Shown here: positions 7,772-16,830 of the stretch, in pieces
Layout of the letters: each line of letters begins with the position of its first letter
Numbering within the stretch: the first letter of the stretch is position 1
Virus record (IMG/VR): IMGVR_UViG_3300013288_000004
Location: 255,360-306,759 of that record
Source: a virus
Taxonomy: Duplodnaviria; Heunggongvirae; Uroviricota; Caudoviricetes
Length of the DNA: 51,400 nucleotides
Direction: 5' to 3' (one strand)
Notes under the pieces: model-generated
Seen by the model: the letters and a program-made list of their open reading frames with translations, nothing else
Told to the model about the DNA's origin: nothing
The model's database searches: none
Made by a program: the position numbers and the translations under genes

Positions 7772-7804
7772 ATGGATACGGGAGCCTCTGTCTCCCGTTT
7801 CCAT
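7772..7804. terminator. Stem-loop after porin-like gene
   Basis: ATGGA-T-ACGGGAG...CTCCCGT-T-TCCAT. Confidence 0.5.
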
Positions 7805-7827
7805 TAACTATCATAATATAATTGATG

Positions 7828-8508
7828 TTAGAATGTATATGAAGCGCCTAACCATACATTATCATCGATCCCTTCGAGTGGTTTATCACCACCAAAGGAA
7901 TAACCGACATTTACATCAAGTTCTCGCCAAAGATCGTATGATGCATAAACCTGAAAATTGTTCCATTCAACATTGGAAACCCCGTAAGCATCACCATCAT
8001 AACTAATGAAGCTACCTGATGCACCTAGCAATAGTTCCTGTGTAAACGGTCGTCCTTCAACGCCTACGGCGAAATAAGTATCAGTATTCACATCGTTTGA
8101 CAAGCCCTGACCAATCTCACCATAAAAATATGAGTACTGTCCTCGCGCACGCAATTCAGTATAATCATCATAATAACTTACAGGATTCAACACTCTCGCT
8201 AAAGAGACTGAGTATGTAAAATCATTCCATACTGCTCCATAACCAACCTGAAAATCAGTACGCACTTGTGTATTGTCATTTAATGGTGTGACTTCCACTG
8301 TATCGAAGTCACCAGATACATACACACCATCCCACACAACGTTATCAAACAACAACCCTAGACCTACAGTTCCCTGTGAACCTGTCAAGTCCTGACCACG
8401 ATATACAAAATCTGTTCCTGCACGAAACACAGCAGTTGAATTACTTTCAGATGCTACCGCAACTGTTGATGCCAACGCTAAACTAACTGCTAAAATTAAA
8501 CTCTTCAT
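7828..8508 (-). CDS. Outer-membrane beta-barrel protein, TorF/TIGR02001-like putative porin
   Basis: Sec signal peptide (..STVAVA|SE), TDFVYRGQDLT motif, alternating strands, C-terminal WLGASYTF BAM signal; TTGACA-N17-TACTGT at 8566-8538. Confidence 0.8.
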   Translation of the reverse strand: MKSLILAVSLALASTVAVASESNSTAVFRAGTDFVYRGQDLTGSQGTVGLGLLFDNVVWDGVYVSGDFDTVEVTPLNDNTQVRTDFQVGYGAVWNDFTYSVSLARVLNPVSYYDDYTELRARGQYSYFYGEIGQGLSNDVNTDTYFAVGVEGRPFTQELLLGASGSFISYDGDAYGVSNVEWNNFQVYASYDLWRELDVNVGYSFGGDKPLEGIDDNVWLGASYTF

Positions 8509-8562
8509 CTTATATTTCTCCTATAGAAAGATGTACTACAGTAAACAAAAAAACATCACTTG

Positions 8563-8754
8563 TCAATCTATCATGTCAACAATTTTTGACAGATAGTGAA
8601 TCCCAAATCCCATACTTATTAATCCAACTAATATTTTTAATGCGACAATGACACTTAGTTCGGTAAACAATACCATTATTGTTAACCAAATAGGTGAAGT
8701 CATTACTATGACGATGATGAAACTTATTAACGTACTAAAGACTGGGTGGATCAT
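8563..8754 (-). CDS. Small membrane protein
   Basis: Two hydrophobic helices; start uncertain (8754 or 8766). Confidence 0.5.
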   Translation of the reverse strand: MIHPVFSTLISFIIVIVMTSPIWLTIMVLFTELSVIVALKILVGLISMGFGIHYLSKIVDMID

Positions 8755-9088
8755 ATTTATATCCATAATTAAATGCCGTACCACCTGCATGATTAAACCC
8801 ATTGTTGGTGTACATAGTTTTTAATATATCAGAACTTACGGATTTGTCAAGTGGCATTGCATCTAGACATAAAATTAGATTATTATCGTCGCAATATTGC
8901 TTTACCATCTCTAATAACTTCTTCGCATAACCTTTTTGTCGGTGCTCTGGAAATACTCGTAATTCTTGTAAGTATTTGATTTTGTTAAAGTTTATATCTT
9001 CAGATATTCCATACGCTGACCTACTTATAGCGGATTTATTACATTCTGATAATTCGGCATATCCTATGTTTTCAATTGATATCTTCAA
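8735..9088 (-). CDS. GNAT acetyltransferase
   Basis: LRVFPEHRQKGYAKKLL acetyl-CoA motif A; Y..NGF. Confidence 0.85.
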   Translation of the reverse strand: MKISIENIGYAELSECNKSAISRSAYGISEDINFNKIKYLQELRVFPEHRQKGYAKKLLEMVKQYCDDNNLILCLDAMPLDKSVSSDILKTMYTNNGFNHAGGTAFNYGYKYDPPSL

Positions 9089-9593
9089 GTATCTTCACCT
9101 TATCCCAAAAAGCTTCAGCTTCTTCAATCGTTTTACAGTTGCCAAAATTATAAACTGGAATATTGAGACTTTTCGCTAAGCGAATTGCCGTAGCAGTCCC
9201 ACCAGCAGCGTCTTGCGCGTCAACAGTCCAACACAACACAAAAGATGATAGAATCTCATCTTCCAAAACGCCCTTAATTTGATGTACGTTTCTTGAATGT
9301 AAACGCACACCAGCATCTGTTAAACATGCAAAATGTTGCTCAGATATTATCGTTTTCAATATTTCAGTAGCTCTTTTATCAAAGGTTAAAGTGGATGTAT
9401 TTTTATTAAACTTTTTCCACGGCAACCATATCTCTTTATTATCTCCTGCGCCAGCCTCAAATGCTGCATCTGCACCATCTGCACCACCTGATCTGAGTGT
9501 ATAATACGGTGATAATTCCTTAGCTATTCTTGTAAATAGCTCACATATAAATGCTGGTGTCTGTCTTGAGCCCACGCCGGTAAAATATTTCAT
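9072..9593 (-). CDS. SLOG/DprA-like nucleotide-binding protein
   Basis: FTGVGSRQTP, LRSGGADGADAAFE, GGTATAIRLA...IPVYN. Confidence 0.8.
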   Translation of the reverse strand: MKYFTGVGSRQTPAFICELFTRIAKELSPYYTLRSGGADGADAAFEAGAGDNKEIWLPWKKFNKNTSTLTFDKRATEILKTIISEQHFACLTDAGVRLHSRNVHQIKGVLEDEILSSFVLCWTVDAQDAAGGTATAIRLAKSLNIPVYNFGNCKTIEEAEAFWDKVKILEDIN

Positions 9594-10093
9594 AATTTTG
9601 AAATCTTCTTTTTCATCAGAGTTATAAGTGAATAAAAATCGTGCACTAAAGTAATGTTATTGCAATAGTATTCGCATATGAATTCGACATTACCATATTT
9701 CCAGAATCCTTTAGGACAGCACACAATCATTTCTTTACCATATGTTGCCATAGCGCCTAGTTCCAATAGTGAAATTGGAGATTTTGTAGATTCTTCAAAA
9801 TTTATGACAATTAAATCCGACTGAACCAATCTAGTCCATTCCCATTGAACCTGAGATTTGAACCTCGGATCTTTTGTTGTATTACCTATTGAATTATCCC
9901 AATCTTGTTTGTATGGATTGTATAAGCTTACATCTCTACCGGAAGTGGTATTGATATCTTTCACAGAATTGAAAATCTCTTCTTGCCATCTACGAGCCTT
10001 GCCCATTTCTATAGATCCTGCAAGAAATATCTTATAGTCCACCACTTCATCTTTTTCATTAATAAATGGTGAGGGAGTGTGCATGCTGATCAT
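9590..10093 (-). CDS. Nucleoside 2-deoxyribosyltransferase-like protein
   Basis: KIFLAGSIEMGKA..WQ, LYNP, QVQWE, SPISLLELG; start 10093 after AGAGG. Confidence 0.8.
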   Translation of the reverse strand: MISMHTPSPFINEKDEVVDYKIFLAGSIEMGKARRWQEEIFNSVKDINTTSGRDVSLYNPYKQDWDNSIGNTTKDPRFKSQVQWEWTRLVQSDLIVINFEESTKSPISLLELGAMATYGKEMIVCCPKGFWKYGNVEFICEYYCNNITLVHDFYSLITLMKKKISKL

Positions 10094-10094
10094 A

Positions 10095-10277
10095 TTAATA
10101 CCTCTTTGAGTTTTTGTACCATACACCCTTGAGAATAAAATTACAAGAAGGATTAAATTCTTGTGTCATTTTAGTTTTCTCGTCGCATGAACATATTTGC
10201 TCGTCCATTTCAGAATGTTTAATCATTCTGTCTTCAATCTTACCACATTTTTCACATTTAAAAGTAAATATCGGCAT
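10095..10277 (-). CDS. FmdB-family Zn-ribbon protein
   Basis: MPIFTFKCEKCG...CSC...FILKGVWY. Confidence 0.8.
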   Translation of the reverse strand: MPIFTFKCEKCGKIEDRMIKHSEMDEQICSCDEKTKMTQEFNPSCNFILKGVWYKNSKRY

Positions 10278-10329
10278 ATATTTTTCCTGAACATATAAAT
10301 ACAGTAAATAAACTATATTAGGAGTTATT

Positions 10330-10692
10330 ATGTCACTATTGCGCGAAACTGTCAACGACTATGTTGTAGATCGTCTTGAGGATGCTTTGTCCAAAATTGA
10401 AAAACGATGCGAAAATATTATCTTTACATATCATAGAATGTTAAAGGAAGGTGTTACTGATGACCTCCCGTTAGATATTGATGGTTCTATAACAGAATTA
10501 GAAAAGAGACTTAAAGCTGCATGGAGAGGAATCACTATTCTTAAGAAATTCCCTAAGAATTCTGAATCCTTGGTTTTACATCGAAGACGCATATTTGATA
10601 ATATGGGCAAGATTAAGAAATTAATGGTCACATTAATGAAAACTATGGGCAACCAAGTTTCTCAAGATGAGACTGGCGCACTGATGCTATAG
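10330..10692 (+). CDS. Hypothetical late protein
   Basis: AGGAG RBS, TATAAATA at 10294-10301. Confidence 0.7.
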   Translation: MSLLRETVNDYVVDRLEDALSKIEKRCENIIFTYHRMLKEGVTDDLPLDIDGSITELEKRLKAAWRGITILKKFPKNSESLVLHRRRIFDNMGKIKKLMVTLMKTMGNQVSQDETGALML

Positions 10693-10787
10693 ACTCTGGC
10701 CAACGGCTGCAAACACAGGCTTCAGCTAGACAGCCTCAACAACAGTTTACTCAACAGCCACAACGTAGAATGGCTTAAGTAATAAAG

Positions 10788-10814
10788 AAAAACCCCTCGG
10801 TCGAGGGGTTTTTT
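10788..10814. terminator. Bidirectional terminator
   Basis: AAAAACCCCTCG-GT-CGAGGGGTTTTTT between convergent genes. Confidence 0.85.
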
Positions 10815-11211
10815 ATAAGCAACTGATCAACCTTTTTAATTCTTGTTTATCCATCAAAGGGACGTGAGTATACATAACATGGTTCCATTCATCGTCGGTA
10901 AATCCTAACATATGCGCTGTAATTGCAACCTTCCTTGATATTTTATATTCGTATATAATCATATAATCAAAATAAGAAACGTCTTCATCCGAAGATGTAA
11001 AATATCTATGATATATTGGTAAATAGTCACCATTATGTCGCTTCCAAGTTCCATTATTGCGATCATTTATAAAACTTTCACAACTTTCTATTACTTCTGA
11101 TATGCATCTCTTAACAGCGCGATTATCGACCCACCTTCTACCGGTATCACAAAAACCACATCCTACAATTTTATCATTTCTGATTAACAGTCCCCATGTA
11201 GGTAAGGACAT
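10813..11211 (-). CDS. Hypothetical protein
   Basis: 132 aa ORF directly after GroES gene. Confidence 0.6.
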   Translation of the reverse strand: MSLPTWGLLIRNDKIVGCGFCDTGRRWVDNRAVKRCISEVIESCESFINDRNNGTWKRHNGDYLPIYHRYFTSSDEDVSYFDYMIIYEYKISRKVAITAHMLGFTDDEWNHVMYTHVPLMDKQELKRLISCL

Positions 11212-11212
11212 T

Positions 11213-11506
11213 TTACTCTTCCACTATTGCAAATATATTATCTTCATTAATCATCAAATGACCGCCATCTACCTTCATTGCTGATTCTGGCTTATATAAA
11301 ATTACGTCACCCGGTCTTACTGATATGGTGATTTCTTTCTTTAACTTTTCATCATAATAAGATTCTGCGGCAGAGATTACTGTTGCAATTGCAAAATCTT
11401 CCGCTTCACCTTTTTCCAAAAGAAGGATACCACCATCGGAAACGGTCTTCTTATCTTTTCTTTCTATTAAAATGTTTCTTCCTATTGTTCTAATTTTTTC
11501 AGTCAT
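11213..11506 (-). CDS. groES: GroES-family co-chaperonin
   Basis: IRTIGRNILIER...TVSDGGILL...VRPGDVILY...INEDNIFAIVE. Confidence 0.9.
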   Translation of the reverse strand: MTEKIRTIGRNILIERKDKKTVSDGGILLLEKGEAEDFAIATVISAAESYYDEKLKKEITISVRPGDVILYKPESAMKVDGGHLMINEDNIFAIVEE

Positions 11507-12041
11507 GTAATTTTAATCCGTAGTAGTAATTGTAATGGCTATCTTTATAACTTGCATCTTTATATATGGGTTCTTTTAAATGAAGTTTTTCTTCATGTTG
11601 GTCATATGATGCAACCAATCCTATATTCCATACATCAGCATACGAAAATATACAAAATTCTTTGTTTGTGCTTCCTTCTGGTAATATAACTATATTATTG
11701 GTTTCACCTTCTATGAAGGACAAAAAGATTCCGTTTGTGTGTGACTTTATTTTATCAAAAGTTTCTTGATTTGAAACAATCATTAAATTTGGTTTCTTAC
11801 CAATTTTTGAAACCAAGTTTGCAAAACATGGAAGGACTTCAGAATTTACAGAGTTGTATCTAGAATTAGTTATTCTGTTTTTATCTTTCAATAATTCATA
11901 AAATTCTAAAAATAATAAGTCTTCACGATTTACATTTACTGTTGATATAATCTTGTATTCCTGAACATCGACTCTAACATCATAGATATTATCGATTCCG
12001 CGTCTAGATAATACGTATGATTGTAATGGATTAAATAACAT
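11499..12041 (-). CDS. Hypothetical protein, possibly a degenerate capsid-domain paralogue
   Basis: 180 aa; weak resemblance to gp23 C-terminal part. Confidence 0.55.
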   Translation of the reverse strand: MLFNPLQSYVLSRRGIDNIYDVRVDVQEYKIISTVNVNREDLLFLEFYELLKDKNRITNSRYNSVNSEVLPCFANLVSKIGKKPNLMIVSNQETFDKIKSHTNGIFLSFIEGETNNIVILPEGSTNKEFCIFSYADVWNIGLVASYDQHEEKLHLKEPIYKDASYKDSHYNYYYGLKLHD

Positions 12042-12053
12042 TTTATAATCCTT

Positions 12054-12437
12054 TTATAGTAGTTGTAAGTGACCAGTGACATTGTCGATCAACTCTGATA
12101 TGTCCGGGCCAATCGCCAAAGCCGTTAAAGTTGGCACTCCGTTAAACTCCGTTGCTCCAGAATCTACTATCTTACTAACATACAAATCAGACGCTTTAGC
12201 TAAATCATACAACTCTAACATTTCTTGTTCCGAATCAACGCTAACGCATATTTTAGTAAATTTATTATCTATCCAATCCAATTCTTGTCTCGTAAACAAA
12301 ACTTCTCCGGGTCTATCTCTTAATTGTTTAATTTTATCAATTAGAAATACATTTGAAGCATGTGCTGCCTGTGCAGCAATCTTTCCCTTACGCATATTCA
12401 AATCTTTTCGAATGACTAATACTTGCTTAACGTTCAT
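12054..12437 (-). CDS. pth2: Peptidyl-tRNA hydrolase Pth2 (canonical archaeal/eukaryotic type)
   Basis: KQVLVIRKDLNMRKGKIAAQAAHAS, TKICV, VDSGATEF, TALAIGP, VTGHLQLL. Confidence 0.92.
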   Translation of the reverse strand: MNVKQVLVIRKDLNMRKGKIAAQAAHASNVFLIDKIKQLRDRPGEVLFTRQELDWIDNKFTKICVSVDSEQEMLELYDLAKASDLYVSKIVDSGATEFNGVPTLTALAIGPDISELIDNVTGHLQLL

Positions 12438-12461
12438 AAACAATGATCCTATTTGAGTTAA

Positions 12462-12490
12462 ATCATATATCATGAATTCAAAAATGTCAA
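12462..12490 (-). promoter_or_regulatory. sigma70-type promoter for pth2-groES operon
   Basis: TTGACA-N17-TATGAT. Confidence 0.75.
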
Positions 12491-12541
12491 ATGTTTCGAA
12501 ACGTGATAAATAAATATACAATCAAACTGGAGTTTTATAAA

Positions 12542-12907
12542 ATGCGCATAGATACTTTACTAAACGAAACACAATTTCTACCATCAACAGATACTATTTC
12601 ATTTTCTGACTTAACCCCTATTCAGTTAAATATACTAAGAAAATTGAATGATGGTTTATTGGATTATGAAACTGCCACACCACGCGAACAGTTAACCATA
12701 GATGAACTGGAAGATTTAGGTTTAGTTGTACAGGGTATGTTAAGCCCTGCTGGTGAGAAAATGGTGGATGTTGCGAACTCTTCTGGATATTCTTCTTATG
12801 CTAGAGAAGCTGGTCAAAAATCTGCTAAATTGAGTAGTTTGAAAGGTAAAGCTCCATCTGAGATGGATGACGTGGAATCTGATGAAGTAAATAGCGTAAG
12901 ATTCTAA
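12542..12907 (+). CDS. Hypothetical late protein, winged-helix-like
   Basis: GGAG RBS, ATAAATA upstream; IDELEDLGLV..GMLSPAG. Confidence 0.65.
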   Translation: MRIDTLLNETQFLPSTDTISFSDLTPIQLNILRKLNDGLLDYETATPREQLTIDELEDLGLVVQGMLSPAGEKMVDVANSSGYSSYAREAGQKSAKLSSLKGKAPSEMDDVESDEVNSVRF

Positions 12908-12927
12908 TAATATTTAATTGTTACAAT

Positions 12928-12956
12928 AAAAAACCCGCCTCTCGGCGGGTTTTTTT
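12928..12956. terminator. Bidirectional terminator
   Basis: AAAAAACCCGCC-TCTC-GGCGGGTTTTTTT. Confidence 0.85.
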
Positions 12957-12976
12957 GTTTTATCGTTTAAAATATG

Positions 12977-13609
12977 TTATCTATTACCAATACTTTTTAT
13001 AAAATTAGTTATTTCTTTAGCGAAAAATTTCTGCGCAGATTTATCGTGTTGAAGAGCTTCGCTTAATGTTAAAACTTTTCTTCCAGACTTATCTAAATCC
13101 AAACTTTCATAGACGGACATTGGTAAAGCGCCCGGAGCAGAAGGCGTAATTACTGAGTCAATTGTTACAAGTCCGAACGACGAAACTGTACCATCCTCTG
13201 CAACTTGACCTGTACCTCTACTCGAAACACCAATTTTAACACCAGTCTTTAATAGGTGATGTAAGATGTTGCCCATAGGAGTTTCTACTATAACCTTAGC
13301 CTTACCAACAGCATTAGTACCATCCATATACATTTCTGTAATAACATGTGATACTCTATCCATATTAATATTCAAACTATTTGGATGATCCGCTTCACCG
13401 AATACACCACCATATTCTTGGATTCTTTTTGAAAAATCCAAAACAGCAGTATTCATTTCATGTAATGGATATTTTCTTTTATTTCGGTTGACAATATCTG
13501 CTTGCATAAAAACACCTTTTAAAAACATGTTTTTACTTTCGCCATCCACCCCTTCAAGGATAGTATCAAGACTATTTCCAGTGCTTTCTATTAATAATTC
13601 ATTTTTCAT
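12977..13609 (-). CDS. gp21: Prohead core protease
   Basis: GVFMQADIVNRNKRKYP, GEADHP, DRVSH, TPMG, GVSSRGTG, PSAPGA. Confidence 0.95.
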   Translation of the reverse strand: MKNELLIESTGNSLDTILEGVDGESKNMFLKGVFMQADIVNRNKRKYPLHEMNTAVLDFSKRIQEYGGVFGEADHPNSLNINMDRVSHVITEMYMDGTNAVGKAKVIVETPMGNILHHLLKTGVKIGVSSRGTGQVAEDGTVSSFGLVTIDSVITPSAPGALPMSVYESLDLDKSGRKVLTLSEALQHDKSAQKFFAKEITNFIKSIGNR

Positions 13610-13611
13610 AA

Positions 13612-13983
13612 TTAAACCTGCTGTCCAAATTGTTGTTCAATAAACTGGAACAGTTGTTCCACAGTATAAAACTCTTGCTTGACTCTTCCGTCAGCACTAA
13701 TGAAAACAATAGCGGAATCGTCGTCAAGTTGATTGACGATTCTACCTACAACTTTACCATTTACAACGACATGATCACCATTTAAAGATACATCATATTC
13801 GCTTTCTTTTAAAAGTTGCATAAATTTCTTGAAATTCTCTGATACTTGTTTAGTTTTTCCACCAGTGGCTAACACACTTTTAGTTTTCTGAATTGAATAT
13901 GCCTTTATCGCTTCTTGAGCAGATGCATCATCATTTCCAATTACTGAATTGATAAATTTTGTTAGTAACTCTTTCTTGTCCAT
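13612..13983 (-). CDS. Hypothetical head-module protein
   Basis: GAGGA RBS before MDKKELL; between portal and protease. Confidence 0.7.
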   Translation of the reverse strand: MDKKELLTKFINSVIGNDDASAQEAIKAYSIQKTKSVLATGGKTKQVSENFKKFMQLLKESEYDVSLNGDHVVVNGKVVGRIVNQLDDDSAIVFISADGRVKQEFYTVEQLFQFIEQQFGQQV

Positions 13984-13993
13984 TTTTAAATCC

Positions 13994-14191
13994 TCATTGT
14001 GCATTGGTTGTTTGTTGCATATACTTCACTAAATTTTCATGATGGTATTTGGTTTTCATTTTTTTACGCTTCTTCGCGCTTTCTTTTGACTTTTTTGATA
14101 CATCATCTGTATGTTCGCAACCGCAACCACTATCAAGTATGTCACTTGGCCCAACATATTTCTGTTCCAAAAACGTTGAAAACTTTATCAC
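13994..14191 (-). CDS. Small hypothetical head-module protein
   Basis: ATGA-coupled; MIKFSTFLE leader. Confidence 0.6.
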   Translation of the reverse strand: MIKFSTFLEQKYVGPSDILDSGCGCEHTDDVSKKSKESAKKRKKMKTKYHHENLVKYMQQTTNAQ

Positions 14192-14403
14192 TCTCCACCT
14201 CCAGAACCTCCCGCTGAACCTTCTCCAGCGGAGGTTGAAACTGATGTGCCACTGTAGTTGCCTACACTATTCATACCATACTTACCCTTCTTTAATTTAT
14301 GACCTTTTTTAGCAGTCTTAAACGGTTGGTCAACTGTTGGTAATTTTGTGCAATCATCTATGGCACTATCATTTCCGGGTGAGACTATATTAAGTAATTT
14401 CAT
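14188..14403 (-). CDS. Small hypothetical head-module protein
   Basis: TAATG-coupled, Gly/Ser-rich C-terminus. Confidence 0.6.
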   Translation of the reverse strand: MKLLNIVSPGNDSAIDDCTKLPTVDQPFKTAKKGHKLKKGKYGMNSVGNYSGTSVSTSAGEGSAGGSGGGE

Positions 14404-15041
14404 TACTTTTTAAACTTTTTGAAGAAGTCTTTCTTATCTTCTTTCTTATCATCGTCGGAATCATCAGAATCGTCGTCTTTCTTCTTAGACTTCTTGAAGA
14501 AATCTTTCTTACCCTTCTTCTCATCCTTTTCATCATCTTCTGATTCGTCTTCATCTTCTTCAGAATCATCATCGTCATCTTTTTCATCATCTTCTGATTC
14601 GTCTTCATCTTCTTCAGAATCATCCTCATCATCTTTCTTTTTGGAATTACCTTTCTTATCTTCATCATTGTCACAACCTTCTTTTACCGGCTTCTTGAAT
14701 GTGACTCCTACTAACTTTTCTAAGGCATGGATGACAGCATCACATTGTTCCTTACCTTTAGCGCAAAGATTCTTAGCGCAAGCACCAATATCCTTTTCTG
14801 AACATTCTTTAACGCCTGCTGCCTTAGCTAACTTGGATAGAAATTTAACTTTCTTATCACCATCTGCCTTTTTGAATAGACTCTTTATACGTGCTACCAT
14901 TTCTTTAGTAGACATCACTTCCTCATGATCTTCGTTGATCATTCTGGCTGATTTTTCTGCAATGACTTTACGAAGAGCGGCAACTGCCAAGTCTTTTTCG
15001 CCTTCAATTGCATGTTCAACAAATAGATTTAGATATTTCAT
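14403..15041 (-). CDS. Acidic prohead core-like protein (gp67-like position)
   Basis: Directly downstream of portal; long Asp/Glu/Lys low-complexity tail. Confidence 0.65.
   Translation of the reverse strand: MKYLNLFVEHAIEGEKDLAVAALRKVIAEKSARMINEDHEEVMSTKEMVARIKSLFKKADGDKKVKFLSKLAKAAGVKECSEKDIGACAKNLCAKGKEQCDAVIHALEKLVGVTFKKPVKEGCDNDEDKKGNSKKKDDEDDSEEDEDESEDDEKDDDDDSEEDEDESEDDEKDEKKGKKDFFKKSKKKDDDSDDSDDDKKEDKKDFFKKFKK
14527..14624. repeat. 44-nt exact direct repeat, 54-nt period, in acidic tail
   Basis: 14527-14570 identical to 14581-14624 (DDSEEDEDESEDDEK). Confidence 0.9.
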
Positions 15042-15084
15042 ATTCTTTTCCCTTGATAGAAATGTTTACATTATTTATGCGATT

Positions 15085-16830
15085 TTATTTTTTATTGTTC
15101 ATTTTATTATTGGACGGTGGCTTTCCGCCAGATGGTGGTGTATTTTTTCCACCTGTTGCAGCTTTAGTGTCGTTCAAATCTGTAGATTCCGTACCGCCTA
15201 AAGTAGTACTATCACCACCTTCGGTATCTTCTAAATCACCTTCTCCACCAAAGTCGCCAAAACCTCCACCGCCACCTAGAACACTACCGGAGCTTCCACC
15301 GAAACCACCCTCAAAACCACCTAATTCGGCTTGATCCGGGTTGTATAGTTTTGGTAAATCTCTATCATCGCCATTAACATTCAAGCCAAGCTCACCACGC
15401 TTCAGCTTCTCATTCATCTTGATCTTGTTCTGAGATAGTTGTAGGTATTCTTCCATTGCAAAACGTTTCGCTAGTTCTGGAATACCAGAAGCGGTTGAAT
15501 AGTTGTTTAATAGTTCAGCATCCATCAATTGTTTTCTAGAAGCTTCGTAATTGGATGGTGGTGGTAATGTTACTCTGAAAATAGAAGTATCTACGTTTAT
15601 ACTATTTTCTTGTAAGAATTTCTTGAATTCACTATCAAAGGTCTCTTCCAAACTTCTCTGAATTCTTTCCATATACAATGAGAATTTAACTTCTTGTAGG
15701 TAAGCAATGCCAACCTTTCCGTCATTAGCAATACTTCCACCTTCAGCAGAACCATTCATGAAAGAATCTGGAACTCTCAAACCTCTCCATAGTCTCTTAT
15801 AGAAATATTCTAAATCTTCTAATGAACCTAAATTCTGACCACCGGGCAATACTTCAATTTTGTTACCGGAACCATCAGTACGCATCGCCATGAAATAATC
15901 TTCTTGCTGCGACATTGGGTTATAAACGCTTTCTATCTGAGTGCCCACAGTAGTTTGAATAGGAACTTTCTTCTGTTTGATGTCATTCTTGAATTTCTCA
16001 AGATACGCTGCTCTTTGTTGTGGGGGCATATTACCGACGTCAACATAGAACACTCTTTTTTCTGGTGCTCTTTGAATTCTGTAAATAATGATAGAATCTT
16101 CTAATAATTCTTTCTGTTTAAACGTTCTATAGATTGAATATAATACCGATTTGCCGAATGGTGCTTCGTCATCAGTCTCTTGATATAGTGTAAATCTCAC
16201 CACATCGTCTGCTGGAAGAGTTGCCATTGACTCGCCTTGATCCTGCGCTCCAATACCATAATTGGTTAACATTCCCATAGCAGAGTTTACAACACTATAA
16301 TCTAATCTAAATTCCCAACCCTGCACATCTGTTACATCATCTTCTCTAACTACTGCACCATAAACATTCTTAGGATTAATATAAATGTACTTTTTTCTAC
16401 CGCCTTTAGGTTTTATGAAAAAACAATCACCATATTTTATAGTATTTCTAGCTATGGAATATAGTCTAGTATGCCATTTATGTATATTACACCACGTTCT
16501 AATAGCAGCATTTAAAGTCACAACAGTATTCGGATGTACGTATTGTTCTTGTCCAGCAATAATGTCAACTCTTAATGGCAATTCACCTTTTACATTGTTA
16601 CCGGATATTTCTTCAGCCATATAATCTAGAGCTATTGAAACATCTAAATCAGCATCCATCGCATCATATTCGCGATATCTAGTCATTCTGGAATTACTAC
16701 CAGTTACTATTCTATGGTACCATCCATAATTACCATAACCACCACCCAACCCAGTAGTATCTATATTATCACCTATAGAAGTCTTTGGAGATGATGGTGT
16801 TACTATTTTATAATACTTAGTTATTGACAT
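15085..16830 (-). CDS. gp20: Portal protein
   Basis: LLEDSIIIYRIQRAPEKRVFYVDVGNMP, IEVLPGGQNLG. Confidence 0.97.
   Translation of the reverse strand: MSITKYYKIVTPSSPKTSIGDNIDTTGLGGGYGNYGWYHRIVTGSNSRMTRYREYDAMDADLDVSIALDYMAEEISGNNVKGELPLRVDIIAGQEQYVHPNTVVTLNAAIRTWCNIHKWHTRLYSIARNTIKYGDCFFIKPKGGRKKYIYINPKNVYGAVVREDDVTDVQGWEFRLDYSVVNSAMGMLTNYGIGAQDQGESMATLPADDVVRFTLYQETDDEAPFGKSVLYSIYRTFKQKELLEDSIIIYRIQRAPEKRVFYVDVGNMPPQQRAAYLEKFKNDIKQKKVPIQTTVGTQIESVYNPMSQQEDYFMAMRTDGSGNKIEVLPGGQNLGSLEDLEYFYKRLWRGLRVPDSFMNGSAEGGSIANDGKVGIAYLQEVKFSLYMERIQRSLEETFDSEFKKFLQENSINVDTSIFRVTLPPPSNYEASRKQLMDAELLNNYSTASGIPELAKRFAMEEYLQLSQNKIKMNEKLKRGELGLNVNGDDRDLPKLYNPDQAELGGFEGGFGGSSGSVLGGGGGFGDFGGEGDLEDTEGGDSTTLGGTESTDLNDTKAATGGKNTPPSGGKPPSNNKMNNKK

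Noticed and set aside
14390-14928. Ser-rich plus-strand ORF 14419-14928 and Met/Lys-rich ORF 14390-14674
   Set aside because: Shadow frames of the low-complexity acidic gene
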